From positions 96,001-160,000 of the forward strand of contig CAVVUN010000003.1 in NCBI GenBank assembly GCA_963751455.1: 64,000 bases of DNA. The letters run 5' to 3'. The notes below the pieces were generated by a model that was given only the letters and a program-made list of their open reading frames with translations, was not told the DNA's origin and did no database searches. The first letter of the stretch is position 1. Each line of letters begins with the position of its first letter. This DNA comes from Nitrospirota bacterium (GTDB lineage: Bacteria; Nitrospirota; UBA9217). Of the stretch, positions 11,286 to 20,690 are shown piece by piece. A program made the translations under genes and the position numbers.

Positions 11286-13235
11286 TTAAGGCCGCTCGGA
11301 CGGATCGGAAATTATCGTACCGTTCACATCGTAATAAACTTGATTCAGGAGATACTTCATCGCCCCTTCTTTAGATGAAGCCGGAAGAGAGCCCGTATTT
11401 AAAGTATTTCCCACGGAATAATCCAGCTGATTGTTATCGATCCAGTCAATCGAGTCGTAGATTATCCGTTTTACATATCTACTGTTATGGACATAAGCGC
11501 CCGGCTCGTGATGAAGCATGCTGAAGTTATAGGCGGCGCCGATGTTCTTCTTGCCGGTTGTATTTCCCGTTATATCGGAATCTCCTGGTGACAGATGATA
11601 TGTCTGGGCGAAGTACGGATAACTGGTGATGAATGAATAAGTTGGGGAGCTTATTACGAGCTGGTGTTCGAACGCCTGAAGGGCATATTCGTAGTCCTCA
11701 CGTTCGCGCTCTGTGACTTCTGCCAGCGATGAGCCGGAACCCGCGTGGCAATTAAAGCAGATTTCACTCGAAACGTTTGTTATTTTGCCCGCCGCATCTT
11801 TGCTTATTGGCTGGAAACGATGATTTCCGGATAGGCCCGGCCTTTCCATGTGGCACCCGATACAGGGGCCGCCGTTCCCCGTGTTCGGCACAGCACTTGT
11901 TCCGATCTTGCTGTGTTTGAACGAGGCAGGGTCGCCGTAGCTTCTGCCGGCATATTCATAGGCAGTGCCTTTAAACATGGTGCCCCCCGCCGTGAGGTAA
12001 TGCCCATCAGGCAGACTCATCTTGCTGAAACCCCAGGTGTCCGTGGAGGCTGTTTTTAGACTGGAAATCGCTCTTCCGCTGCCTCGCCCGGTATGGCATG
12101 GCATGCAAATATTGGAAGCGCCGATGTCCGGGTACTGATAAGGCACGTTGGCCAAGGTGGGCGAAATGGCCGGCGGAGGGAATCCGCCCACAGGAATCAT
12201 ATAAGCTGCTTTATACGCGCCGGGATTTCTGAGTGTTCCTCTGTTGTTGGTATGGCAGCCCTTGCAGGTAAGCATTTCTGGCTTGAAACCCGCACTATAT
12301 GCCACGGCGCGCTGGCTTCCAATCCAGAGTTCATCCGCAAAACCGGTATTGCCCTCCTCCAGTGCGTCTATATATGCGGCAAATCCGGTTGTTGTATGAC
12401 AGCGCTGACAAGTCGCCCTGTCTCCGAACGCCCCGCCGCAGTTGGTTGAGTCACAAGACCAGTTATAATGAGCCCATGCATACCAGGCTCCTTTTTCCGC
12501 ATGAGCCGAATTCGCCCATTCCTTGTTTATATCAGCTGTCTTATGCGGATTATGGCAGTCTGTGCAGGCAGTTTCGCTTCCGTAATCCACTGCATAACCA
12601 GTTATGTCCTGACTGTTTGCACCTGCTGACCAGTTTCCAGCCGTTGCAAAGTGAGTATCTGCGATGGTGAATTGTTTACCCGTCGGCGATACAGAGCTGG
12701 CTACGGCATGAGTTGCCGTGACCGTTCCTGTCCCCAATGAATCGAGCAGTTCGTGACAGCTGGTGCACATCGCGAACTGGCCGGAGACCGCAACGGAGCC
12801 GATGGTCTTGGCGGCCGTATTCGAGAGGCGCGATATCGGACCGACGCCGTCGTGGAGACTGCCGCCCCCGTGGCATGCTTCACAACCCACTACCGGTCGT
12901 GCGACCGTTCCGATATAGCTGACCAGGGATACTTTGGCGCTGTCAAAGTTCGGGTCGTGGCAATTTGTGGCACATGACGCCACATCTGTAGTCTTCGGAG
13001 TTCCTGCGCTCTGGACGCCTTCTTCGGCATTTGCATGCTTGCTGGTCATCCAGGCAGCGACAACGTCAGAATGACAACCTGCACAGCCGTCGATGCCGAT
13101 CGTTGCCGCCGATCCGCTCGATCCCAACTGTATCGGCGCCTCCTTTTCGCTTGAGCCGCATCCGCCGAGCAGGGCCGGGGACAGCAGTACAGCGAGTAGA
13201 AGTAACAGCCATCCGCTTTTCCTTCCGTAGTCCAT
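11286..13235 (-). CDS. Outer-surface multiheme cytochrome c lipoprotein, OmcB-like
   Basis: Lipobox LLGGC; 9 CxxCH plus CATNCH; C-terminal HEPGAYVHNSRYVKRIIYDSIDWID resembles Geobacter OmcB-type proteins (from memory). Confidence 0.8.
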   Translation of the reverse strand: MDYGRKSGWLLLLLAVLLSPALLGGCGSSEKEAPIQLGSSGSAATIGIDGCAGCHSDVVAAWMTSKHANAEEGVQSAGTPKTTDVASCATNCHDPNFDSAKVSLVSYIGTVARPVVGCEACHGGGSLHDGVGPISRLSNTAAKTIGSVAVSGQFAMCTSCHELLDSLGTGTVTATHAVASSVSPTGKQFTIADTHFATAGNWSAGANSQDITGYAVDYGSETACTDCHNPHKTADINKEWANSAHAEKGAWYAWAHYNWSCDSTNCGGAFGDRATCQRCHTTTGFAAYIDALEEGNTGFADELWIGSQRAVAYSAGFKPEMLTCKGCHTNNRGTLRNPGAYKAAYMIPVGGFPPPAISPTLANVPYQYPDIGASNICMPCHTGRGSGRAISSLKTASTDTWGFSKMSLPDGHYLTAGGTMFKGTAYEYAGRSYGDPASFKHSKIGTSAVPNTGNGGPCIGCHMERPGLSGNHRFQPISKDAAGKITNVSSEICFNCHAGSGSSLAEVTEREREDYEYALQAFEHQLVISSPTYSFITSYPYFAQTYHLSPGDSDITGNTTGKKNIGAAYNFSMLHHEPGAYVHNSRYVKRIIYDSIDWIDNNQLDYSVGNTLNTGSLPASSKEGAMKYLLNQVYYDVNGTIISDPSERP

Positions 13236-13316
13236 GTTCCTACCTCCCCTTGTTTAATACGATGGATGACGTCGTTATTGCCTCATCCCTCGTCTGTTTA
13301 TCGCTGGTATGTGGCA

Positions 13317-13982
13317 CTATGCTCCTATCGCCTTTTTTAGATCAAGCAAAATGAATAGCCTTTCGCCTTTGCGCGCTATGCCCTTAAGGAATTCGGCGCC
13401 GTGTTCGATCGTCTCCGGCGCCGGCTTTATTGTGTCCGGGGATATCCGTACGACGCCCGTTACCCGGTCCACCATGATCCCGGCCTCGTCGTCGTCGACG
13501 CTTACAACGACGATTCGCGACTTGTCGTCCCGTGTTCCGGGCGGCAGCCCCAGTCTCCTGCACAGGTCCATGATCGGAAGAATAGGACCTCGGAGCGCCG
13601 TGACGCCCAGGATGTAATCCGGCGCATTCGGCACCGGCGTAAGATCGCGTATCTGGAGCACTTCCTTTACGTCATCAACCAGGACAGCGTATTCTTCCGC
13701 ACCGAGACGGAACGAAAGCATTTCTACTTCCGGAATGTCTTGTATCGGCGCGGCTGCCTCTTCCGCTTCAGCATCCGGCGTTAACGCCGTTTCAGAAAGG
13801 GCTGTTGACGTTTCAATAACAGTCTGCTCTGCGGCATCAGCTGAACCCGCAGTCTTGACCGGCGCCTGCGGAGCCTCGGAGAATTGCCGCTCCACACCCG
13901 GAGATTTCTGCTCTTCAGTCTGATTGTCTTTTCGGGCCTGTGCCCGTTCAGCCGCCTTTTTCCGTGCAGCAAGGATATCCAT
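13317..13982 (-). CDS. cheW: CheW with acidic, low-complexity N-terminal extension
   Basis: MLSFRLGAEEYAV, GVTALRGPILPIMDL, GIMVDRV. Confidence 0.92.
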   Translation of the reverse strand: MDILAARKKAAERAQARKDNQTEEQKSPGVERQFSEAPQAPVKTAGSADAAEQTVIETSTALSETALTPDAEAEEAAAPIQDIPEVEMLSFRLGAEEYAVLVDDVKEVLQIRDLTPVPNAPDYILGVTALRGPILPIMDLCRRLGLPPGTRDDKSRIVVVSVDDDEAGIMVDRVTGVVRISPDTIKPAPETIEHGAEFLKGIARKGERLFILLDLKKAIGA

Positions 13983-13991
13983 AAATGCACT

Positions 13992-14078
13992 TCCTGGTTT
14001 ATCTGGTTTTTCTGGTTCTCTGGTTTATCTGGTTTGAAACCCAAGAACCAAATAAACCGAATGAACCGAACAAACCTG
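13992..14078. repeat. Palindromic element built of 9-bp-period repeats (TGGTTTATC-like, then AACCAAATA-like)
   Basis: ctggtttatctggtttttctggttctctggtttatctggtttg followed by aaccaaataaaccgaatgaaccgaacaaacc; similar element at about 41602-41690. Confidence 0.7.
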
Positions 14079-14086
14079 TCTTAATA

Positions 14087-14881
14087 CTATGCATCTCTTA
14101 CCACGCTCTCGATGATATCCGGCCCGATCACGGCCGCTCCCTTGCCGAAACCCTCGAGGAGCGCATTGCCGGCAATAATATTGATCCTCCGCGGCACGCC
14201 GCCCGAGTGTTCGAACACGAGCACGAGCGCATCATCGTCAAAGAGCGGGAGTTGTCTGCCCGCCACGCTCAGCCGGTGTCTTATATATTCCTTCACCTCG
14301 TCCGCATTCAACGGACCGAGATGGTACTGCATTCCGATGCGCTGCCGCAGCGCGCCGTATTGGCGTCGATTGAGACGCTCTTTGAGCTCGCTTTGCCCGA
14401 TAAGCACCAGCGCGATCAGGTTCCGGTCATCGAGCTGGAAATTCGTGAGGAGCCTGAGTTCCTCAAAAGTGGCACGCCCCGGTATGAGCTGCGCCTCGTC
14501 GATAATAAGCACCGGCCGCTTGCCCGCCTCGAACAGCTCGTACAGTTTCGCATTGATGCCCTCCAGCATACCGTGCCGGTAACGGCTCGTATCGTCCATC
14601 CCGAGCCGTAAAGCCACCGTCCTCAGGAGCTGCGACGGCGACAGGCGCGGATTGATTACGAGCGCCGGATGATAGCTGTCGTCGAGCGAATCGATGAGCG
14701 CCCTCGACAGCGTGGTCTTGCCTGAACCGATTTCGCCGGTCAGGAGCACGATATCCTGCTCGTCCACAGCGTGCTGAAGCCTGGCCAGCGCTTCCGCGTG
14801 TTTTGCGCTATGGTACAGGAACCGGGGATCAGGCGTTTTGTTGAACGGTTTTTCCGTTAATCCGTAAAATTCTTCGTACAT
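14087..14881 (-). CDS. ExeA/GspA-family AAA ATPase
   Basis: MYEEFYGLTEKPFNKTPDPRFLY start; Walker A GEIGSGKT; Walker B LIIDEAQ; LIGQSEL; SGGVPRRIN. Confidence 0.92.
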   Translation of the reverse strand: MYEEFYGLTEKPFNKTPDPRFLYHSAKHAEALARLQHAVDEQDIVLLTGEIGSGKTTLSRALIDSLDDSYHPALVINPRLSPSQLLRTVALRLGMDDTSRYRHGMLEGINAKLYELFEAGKRPVLIIDEAQLIPGRATFEELRLLTNFQLDDRNLIALVLIGQSELKERLNRRQYGALRQRIGMQYHLGPLNADEVKEYIRHRLSVAGRQLPLFDDDALVLVFEHSGGVPRRINIIAGNALLEGFGKGAAVIGPDIIESVVRDA

Positions 14882-14884
14882 AAC

Positions 14885-15045
14885 CCTTGATTCCCGTCCC
14901 TGATTCCCTCTGCCGCTTTTGGAGCAGAGGTACAACAAAGGGTCTACGTCTTACCCGCTCCCCAGGGAGAGGGTACTATAACGGGTCTAAGCCTCACCTT
15001 GATTCCCGTCCCTGATTCCCTCTGCCGCTCATCAGGCAGAGATAC
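14885..15045. repeat. Intergenic structured repeat array (CCTTGATTCCCGT plus hairpin), copy 1
   Basis: 33-bp identical repeat at 14885-14917 and 14997-15029, each leading into a ctctgc..gcagag hairpin; same motif at 17118, 17176 and 17197. Confidence 0.8.
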
Positions 15046-15108
15046 ATAAGCGAACTAGCAAACCGGAAGATCAGCGTAGTTTGAGTTTGATATTTGGAAT
15101 TTACGCTC

Positions 15109-17112
15109 CTATGCCCGCACGGTCTGCGTCCGCTTGATTGCTCCTTCTATTAATGACTCGACGTCAAGGACAAGAACCACGCCGCGCTTGTCCCCGAGTT
15201 CGGTTGCACCTGCGATCCCGGGCAAGTCCGAGAGCCGCTTGCCGAGCGGTTTTATGACGATTTCCTGCTGGTCGCGCAGACCCTCGACGACAATCCCGAG
15301 GCGGCGTTCCGCCAACCCGACCAGGATGATATAAACCGCTGACTTCGCGGTATCACGGGGGATTTTGAATACGTGCGTGAGCCTGATGAGCGGCACCGTC
15401 TCTTCCCGGAGTGCTATGACCTCGCGCGTTTCGACGGTCTCTATCCGGTCGTCGGTCGTCTGCAGAATCTCAAGCACGGAGCTGAGCGGGACCGCAAACA
15501 CCTGTCCGCCGGCCTCAACGATAAGCGCCTTTATGATTGCAAGCGTAATGGGCAGCGTCAAAGTAAACGCCGTTCCGCTGCCGGACTCCGTTTCTATGTC
15601 GATCATGCCCGAAAGCTTGGACAGATTTTTCTTCACCACGTCCATGCCGACGCCGCGTCCCGATATCTCAGTCACCGTCTCTCGCGTCGTAAATCCCGGG
15701 ACAAAAATGAGATCGAGTATCTCCTTGCGGTCCGTCTCGGCATTCAGTCCGTTGTCCGGATCAAGCACTCCTTTTTCGACTGCCTTTGCCAGAATGGTGC
15801 GCGGATCCATGCCGGCGCCGTCGTCTTCAACCGTTATTACGACGTGATTTCCTTTCGGATGAGCTGAGAGCTTTACAATTCCCTGCTCGGCCTTTCCGCT
15901 TTGCTTCCGCACTTCAGGCGGCTCGATGCCGTGATCGATCGCGTTCCTGATAAGATGCATGAGCGGGTCGGCCAGATCTTCGATCATCAGCTTGTCCAGC
16001 TCGGTCTCCTCGCCGGAGAGCTGAAGATCGATCTCTTTTCCGGAGTCTTTCGCATATTTTCTCACCATCTGCGCCAGCCGTGTAAATATCTGTCCGATGG
16101 GAACCATCCGTACTTCGAGAATTCCTTCCTGCAGCTCGTTCAGCTTTCTTTCGAGGTTGCGGTGCGCCTTCTGAAGGTCGGCCGAAACAGCTGCGCAGCC
16201 CTCGATGTTCCTCAGCTCTTTCGCGATACGGACAATCATCGTCTTGGTCAAGTGCATCTCTCCGACAGTGTTCATGAGGCTGTCCAGCTTGTATATATCA
16301 ACCCTGACGGTATTGCTCACGGACCGAAGCTGTCCTGCCTCCGGCCTCAATTCATCGGTCCGGCGCTCATCGAGATAGGACACCTGGCTGATTTTCGCAT
16401 TCGGGAGATCCATGGACGCGGAAATATCCTCGAGCGTCTTTCCGGACCCGGCCATGATCGTAAATCCGATCCCTCCCCCTGCGCTGCCCGCAGTCGGCAG
16501 GGTGCAGATTATTTCGGCGTTTTTCTTCAGCCTCTCGTTCAGCGTTTTAATACCCGCTTCAAACTCGGAAAGGTCGAAGGTCGCCTTGATCGTGAACAGG
16601 TTTTTGCGTTCCCGTATGTTTTCTTTGAGCCGGTACTCCTCATATTCGGTCAGCACCTGAAGAAGTCCCCGCTCGATATCGATCATTTCGAGAAGGGAGC
16701 GGTCGGTGCCGCCGGCTGGTTTCGCCTTCATGATGCTGTCGATCCGGTCGAGAGCGGACGATATGTCCTCGGGTTCGCGTTTCCGGGAGACCTGCTGCAC
16801 CATTCGGCCGAGCAGCGCCACGGTTTCAAAAAGCATATCGAGCATGGCCCGGGAAAGCCCGATCTTTCCAAGGCGCATTTCGTCCAGCAGGAATTCCAGC
16901 TTGTGGGACAAGTCGGAGTGCGCTTTGAGCTCGAACATTCCGGCAAGGCCCTTGAACGAATGGATCGCCCGAAAGAGCGCGTTCACGAGTTCGGGCGCGG
17001 ATCGACCGGCCGCCTGCTCGGCCTCAAGGGCGAGGAGCGTCTGGGTTGCTGTCTCGAGAATGTCCTCGGCCTCTGCGAGAAAGTCTTTTATGGAACGGTC
17101 TGGTTTTGCCAT
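15109..17112 (-). CDS. cheA: Chemotaxis histidine kinase CheA
   Basis: Hpt FRAIHSFKG; HLIRNAIDHGIE; DDGAG; GFTT..SGRGVGMDVV; C-terminal CheW-like domain. Confidence 0.97.
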   Translation of the reverse strand: MAKPDRSIKDFLAEAEDILETATQTLLALEAEQAAGRSAPELVNALFRAIHSFKGLAGMFELKAHSDLSHKLEFLLDEMRLGKIGLSRAMLDMLFETVALLGRMVQQVSRKREPEDISSALDRIDSIMKAKPAGGTDRSLLEMIDIERGLLQVLTEYEEYRLKENIRERKNLFTIKATFDLSEFEAGIKTLNERLKKNAEIICTLPTAGSAGGGIGFTIMAGSGKTLEDISASMDLPNAKISQVSYLDERRTDELRPEAGQLRSVSNTVRVDIYKLDSLMNTVGEMHLTKTMIVRIAKELRNIEGCAAVSADLQKAHRNLERKLNELQEGILEVRMVPIGQIFTRLAQMVRKYAKDSGKEIDLQLSGEETELDKLMIEDLADPLMHLIRNAIDHGIEPPEVRKQSGKAEQGIVKLSAHPKGNHVVITVEDDGAGMDPRTILAKAVEKGVLDPDNGLNAETDRKEILDLIFVPGFTTRETVTEISGRGVGMDVVKKNLSKLSGMIDIETESGSGTAFTLTLPITLAIIKALIVEAGGQVFAVPLSSVLEILQTTDDRIETVETREVIALREETVPLIRLTHVFKIPRDTAKSAVYIILVGLAERRLGIVVEGLRDQQEIVIKPLGKRLSDLPGIAGATELGDKRGVVLVLDVESLIEGAIKRTQTVRA

Positions 17113-17117
17113 AATAC

Positions 17118-17250
17118 CCTTGATTCCCGTCTCGCGATTCTAAGCGAGATGGTACGACAATGAGTCTAAGCTTTACCTTGATTCCCGTCTTGCGGTCCTT
17201 GATTCCCGTTGCACGTTTCTCAGTGCGATCAAAGGGTCTACGCCTTTCTC
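17118..17250. repeat. Intergenic structured repeat array (CCTTGATTCCCGT plus hairpin), copy 2
   Basis: CCTTGATTCCCGT at 17118, 17176 and 17197; shares gtctaagc..accttg and caaagggtctacg segments with the 14.9-kb array. Confidence 0.8.
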
Positions 17251-17289
17251 AGCGAATCGGCAGTCAATGCCGGATGCATTCCGTAATTG

Positions 17290-17661
17290 TTATGCTTCTG
17301 CCAGCACCCGCTTCACCATCGTCATCAACTCTTGTTTCGTAAACGGCTTGATGACATAACCTGATGCGCCGAGCGCCAGGCCGCGTTTTTTGTCCTCTTC
17401 GCTCTTTTCCGTGCTTACAATGACCAGGGGAATATTCTTATACGCCGGATTTGACTTCACGAACCCGATCAGCTCCAGCCCATTGATGTCCGGCATATTG
17501 ATATCGGTAATGATAAGGTCGAAGGCGCGGGTCGGGAGCGTTTTCAGCGCCTCAAACCCGTTTCCTGCTTCGACCGCGTAGAATTCACCCGCCTCTTCCA
17601 GAGAGACCCGAATCATCGAGCGTATGGCCTTTGAGTCCTCGACGATCAGAACGTTCTTCAT
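17290..17661 (-). CDS. cheY: CheY-like single-domain response regulator
   Basis: LIVEDS, ITDINMP, VST, YVIKPF. Confidence 0.9.
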   Translation of the reverse strand: MKNVLIVEDSKAIRSMIRVSLEEAGEFYAVEAGNGFEALKTLPTRAFDLIITDINMPDINGLELIGFVKSNPAYKNIPLVIVSTEKSEEDKKRGLALGASGYVIKPFTKQELMTMVKRVLAEA

Positions 17662-18803
17662 TTTCTCTCCTTCTGAAGCTCCGCCAGTCTCTTTTCCAGA
17701 AGGGCTTTTTCCAGGGCCATACCGGCCTGGTTCATGAATATCTCCAGCGTGTCCATTCCCTTAATGGCCTTTCGGTCCGGCAGATTGTCCCCATAGACAA
17801 CGAGTGCCACCTTGCCGTCGACAACGAGGGGGATGGCAATCACGGCCTCGGGCATCATCCCGCCGAGTTCGTTCAACAGATACTTGTTGCTCTCGTTCTG
17901 CTCAATCGGGCCCAGGTAGCTCCGGCGGCTCTCGATAACTTTAAAAAAAAGCGACGGCTGATTCATGGGAATCTTAATATTGCGCACAACCTGGTCCGCG
18001 GACTGATCTTTAAGCTCGATGCCGAACTGGCCGAGACCGCGCACTTCATCTTTCTTTACCATGAAGAGGACCGCGCGGTTTACAACCTCGCTCGCATACC
18101 GCAGAATGAGGAGCGTGACCTCTGCTGTCGCAGTCGGAAACCGCAGCTCATCAAACATGGACTTGAGCGTGCTGAGCTCTCTTTGAGGCTCTTCTGTTTC
18201 GATGCGCGTTCGAAATTCTTCTTTTGCGGGTTCATAGCTGAGATGGTGGTGTGCAGGGGGTGTTTTTGCGGGCTGGGCAGGCCGCGGCATCCCTTTTCGT
18301 TTTTCATCAAGGATGCGCGTGCCTTCCATCAGCAGATATTCCGCGCTGATTCCGGATTTAAGAAGGAATTCCTGAGTATCGATCTCGATCTTGTCCTTCG
18401 GCGCAATCTCGCCGAGTTCGAAATTAAAAAAGCCTTCTTCCCAGGAAAGAAGGTCGTAGATTATCTCCTCGATCTGCTTGCGTACGACGCTTTCGAGCGT
18501 CTGGGGCGGCACTGCGCCCATCTTCACAAGAATCATTCCGAGGGGTTTGTCAATCTCACGTTTCTGGATCGACAGCGCTTCCGATAAGAGAGATTCCGTG
18601 ACCATGCCCTGGGATACGAGAATATTCCCAAGCGAGTCCCTGATGCTGTCGCTGGCGGCCTGTATAACCTGACCGTCTTTAAAGACAACCATCCCGGTAC
18701 CCTTGCGACTGCGAACAATCAGTGTGCCGGTTTTTTTACTCAGACTGATAATCTGGAAGATATCCGGCAGGGCAAGGTCTTCCAGTCTGCCTACAAGGCT
18801 CAT
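17658..18803 (-). CDS. DUF4388 domain protein with C-terminal GAF-like domain
   Basis: MSLVGRLEDLALPDIFQIISLSKKTGTL and LLSWEEGFFNF signature; AIPLVVDGKVALVVYGDN. Confidence 0.85.
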   Translation of the reverse strand: MSLVGRLEDLALPDIFQIISLSKKTGTLIVRSRKGTGMVVFKDGQVIQAASDSIRDSLGNILVSQGMVTESLLSEALSIQKREIDKPLGMILVKMGAVPPQTLESVVRKQIEEIIYDLLSWEEGFFNFELGEIAPKDKIEIDTQEFLLKSGISAEYLLMEGTRILDEKRKGMPRPAQPAKTPPAHHHLSYEPAKEEFRTRIETEEPQRELSTLKSMFDELRFPTATAEVTLLILRYASEVVNRAVLFMVKKDEVRGLGQFGIELKDQSADQVVRNIKIPMNQPSLFFKVIESRRSYLGPIEQNESNKYLLNELGGMMPEAVIAIPLVVDGKVALVVYGDNLPDRKAIKGMDTLEIFMNQAGMALEKALLEKRLAELQKERK

Positions 18804-18832
18804 GAATTCTCCATTTTAAGCATTGTCGACAA

Positions 18833-18860
18833 ATTATAGCAATTTTAGGGAAAAATGCAA
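18833..18860 (-). promoter_or_regulatory. Putative sigma70 promoter of the chemosensory operon
   Basis: Minus strand TTGCAT-N16-TATAAT with extended -10 TG, about 30 bp upstream of the 18803 start. Confidence 0.55.
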
Positions 18861-19034
18861 GATTTAATAATTGGTTAGGGCTAATCCAGAATTTAGAGGG
18901 GAGGCGACTTAGGTTTTATATCATTGAATACTTTGAAATTAGAAAATTATGGCAATAGATTTTATAAAATTACAGTTAAATCCGAAATGCAGACAATAAC
19001 GGTTTACGCAAATAGTTTCTGGTTTTCCATCTGC

Positions 19035-19532
19035 CTACGTACTGCGGTAATTTTCGAATTGAAGTTCGATCCCGAAATCCCTGCCTTTTAAAAGCTGGAT
19101 CGCTGTCTGCAATTCATCCCTGCTTTTGCCGGACACGCGGACCTGGTCTGCCTGGATCGAGGCCTGGACTTTCAGCTTGGCGTCCTTGATCGCCTTCACA
19201 ACCTCTTTGGCCTTCTCCGTGGGGAGACCCTGCTGCAGCGTCACCTTCTGGCGTACAGTCCCGGCTAACGCTGCCTCGACTTTGGCGAAGGAGAGGTTCT
19301 TGAGCGGAACACCGCGCTTTACAAGCTTCGTCTGCAGTATATCTACCACGCTCTTGAGCTTATACTCGTCGTCTGAAATGATCACAAGCGCGTCCTTCTC
19401 CTGCGTAATGTTCGATTTGCTGCCCTTGAAATCGAACCGCTGGCCGATCTCCTTCATCGCCTGACTTACCGCGTTCGTCACTTCCGCCATATCGATCTTC
19501 GAAACCACGTCAAATGAATTTTCAGCAGCCAT
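19035..19532 (-). CDS. yajQ: YajQ-family nucleotide/c-di-GMP-binding protein
   Basis: [50 protein letters not shown]. Confidence 0.95.
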   Translation of the reverse strand: MAAENSFDVVSKIDMAEVTNAVSQAMKEIGQRFDFKGSKSNITQEKDALVIISDDEYKLKSVVDILQTKLVKRGVPLKNLSFAKVEAALAGTVRQKVTLQQGLPTEKAKEVVKAIKDAKLKVQASIQADQVRVSGKSRDELQTAIQLLKGRDFGIELQFENYRST

Positions 19533-19633
19533 GGTGACCTCCTTGAGGCAAGCTTCAAATCATAGCACCAAAATTAAACACGTTTTTAGCAATTTGAAAT
19601 TTACAACTTGAAATTTACAATTTACAATTCGAG

Positions 19634-20302
19634 CTACTGCTCGATGACCTCCGTCCCCTTCGGTATCTTAAAGGTAAAGAACTTGTCTTCGACGCCCGTG
19701 TTCTCCCGCACTTCCTGGAACGCGATCTCCGTAATATTTCCGGATTTATCAAAAATCGTAAGCTCGGAAATTTGACCTGCCTGGTCCGAGACCAGGACAA
19801 GCTTGTTCATGGCAGCGCCCGGCTTTTTCGGAATAAGCTCGAGCTTGCGGGCCGTCTTCGGGTCAGGCTGAAGCACGTCAAAGTCGTCCCGGATATGCCC
19901 AGCACCGAGCAAGAACGCAACCGGGATATTCATGTGCTCGAAATCCGTAAAGGTCTTTTTAATCACCTGCTCGCTTTTCTTAGAATAGAAAAGCGCCTGC
20001 TTGCCGTCGATCACGATCAGTTGCCCGTTTGTGTACTCGAGCCGCAGCTTGCCCGGCTTTCTGATCCAGAGCGACGCGTCGAATTTCTGTGTTTTGTCGA
20101 TTGACTTTAAAAAATTTTTCTGGGTCACCTTCGCAGTCAGGTCCGTGACATCCTGGTAATGCTTCTCGACTGCCATGACCGCTTCATTCACGGTCTGTGC
20201 GAATACGGGCCGCGTCATCGAAAATGCGGACAAAATTATAATCAGAAACAAGCATAGCGCAGGGCGAATAAAGGTTTTGCTTTTTTGGACTCCGCACTTC
20301 AT
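19634..20302 (-). CDS. lolA: Outer-membrane lipoprotein carrier LolA
   Basis: RKPGKLRLEY, LIVIDGK, FTFKIPKGTEVI; downstream of ftsK (conserved synteny); start uncertain. Confidence 0.85.
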   Translation of the reverse strand: MKCGVQKSKTFIRPALCLFLIIILSAFSMTRPVFAQTVNEAVMAVEKHYQDVTDLTAKVTQKNFLKSIDKTQKFDASLWIRKPGKLRLEYTNGQLIVIDGKQALFYSKKSEQVIKKTFTDFEHMNIPVAFLLGAGHIRDDFDVLQPDPKTARKLELIPKKPGAAMNKLVLVSDQAGQISELTIFDKSGNITEIAFQEVRENTGVEDKFFTFKIPKGTEVIEQ

Positions 20303-20390
20303 TGTCAGTCCTCCCACTGCTTCTCTATCATAGATATCGTGAAGAGCTAATAAAGTCAAGCGTTTTTACCGGCAGACTGATTACTCTGTG

Positions 20391-20690
20391 CTACCGCCCG
20401 AACAAAAATTCATAACTCGCAACAGGGAATGTCACAGGAAGAATAACAGTATCCAGGATCAAGCTGAACGGCATGTCGAGGGACGGATATTGTGGAGGCG
20501 TCGCACTAAATTCTTTAAGGCTGGAGTCATTCCCCGTGATCGCGTGAAAATCCAGTCTCGTACCGCTGTAAATTTTAGGAGCATCATAACTAGCCAATGA
20601 CGGCATCGTCCGAATCGTTCCGCAGCCGTCTAATGCTGAAGCCGATATAACGATTATCCATAGAAACACTGTGCGGGTGAATCGAAGCAT
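20391..20690 (-). CDS. YceK/YidQ-family small lipoprotein
   Basis: LDGC lipobox; YSGTRLD; DMPFSLILDTVILP. Confidence 0.85.
   Translation of the reverse strand: MLRFTRTVFLWIIVISASALDGCGTIRTMPSLASYDAPKIYSGTRLDFHAITGNDSSLKEFSATPPQYPSLDMPFSLILDTVILPVTFPVASYEFLFGR

Noticed and set aside
13236-13316. c-di-GMP (GEMM) riboswitch upstream of the cytochromes
   Set aside because: The gap is only about 80 bp and I could not find the GEMM consensus there.
14882-14938. Extended N-termini in the ORF track (ExeA 14938, MCPs 7468 and 5190, mfd 31126, ftsK 23153, transposase 44976)
   Set aside because: Downstream starts fit family N-termini, RBS positions and gene overlaps better.
14885-17250. CRISPR array from the CCTTGATTCCCGT repeats
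   Set aside because: Too few and too short repeats, irregular spacing, intervening sequences resemble each other, and no cas genes are in the window.
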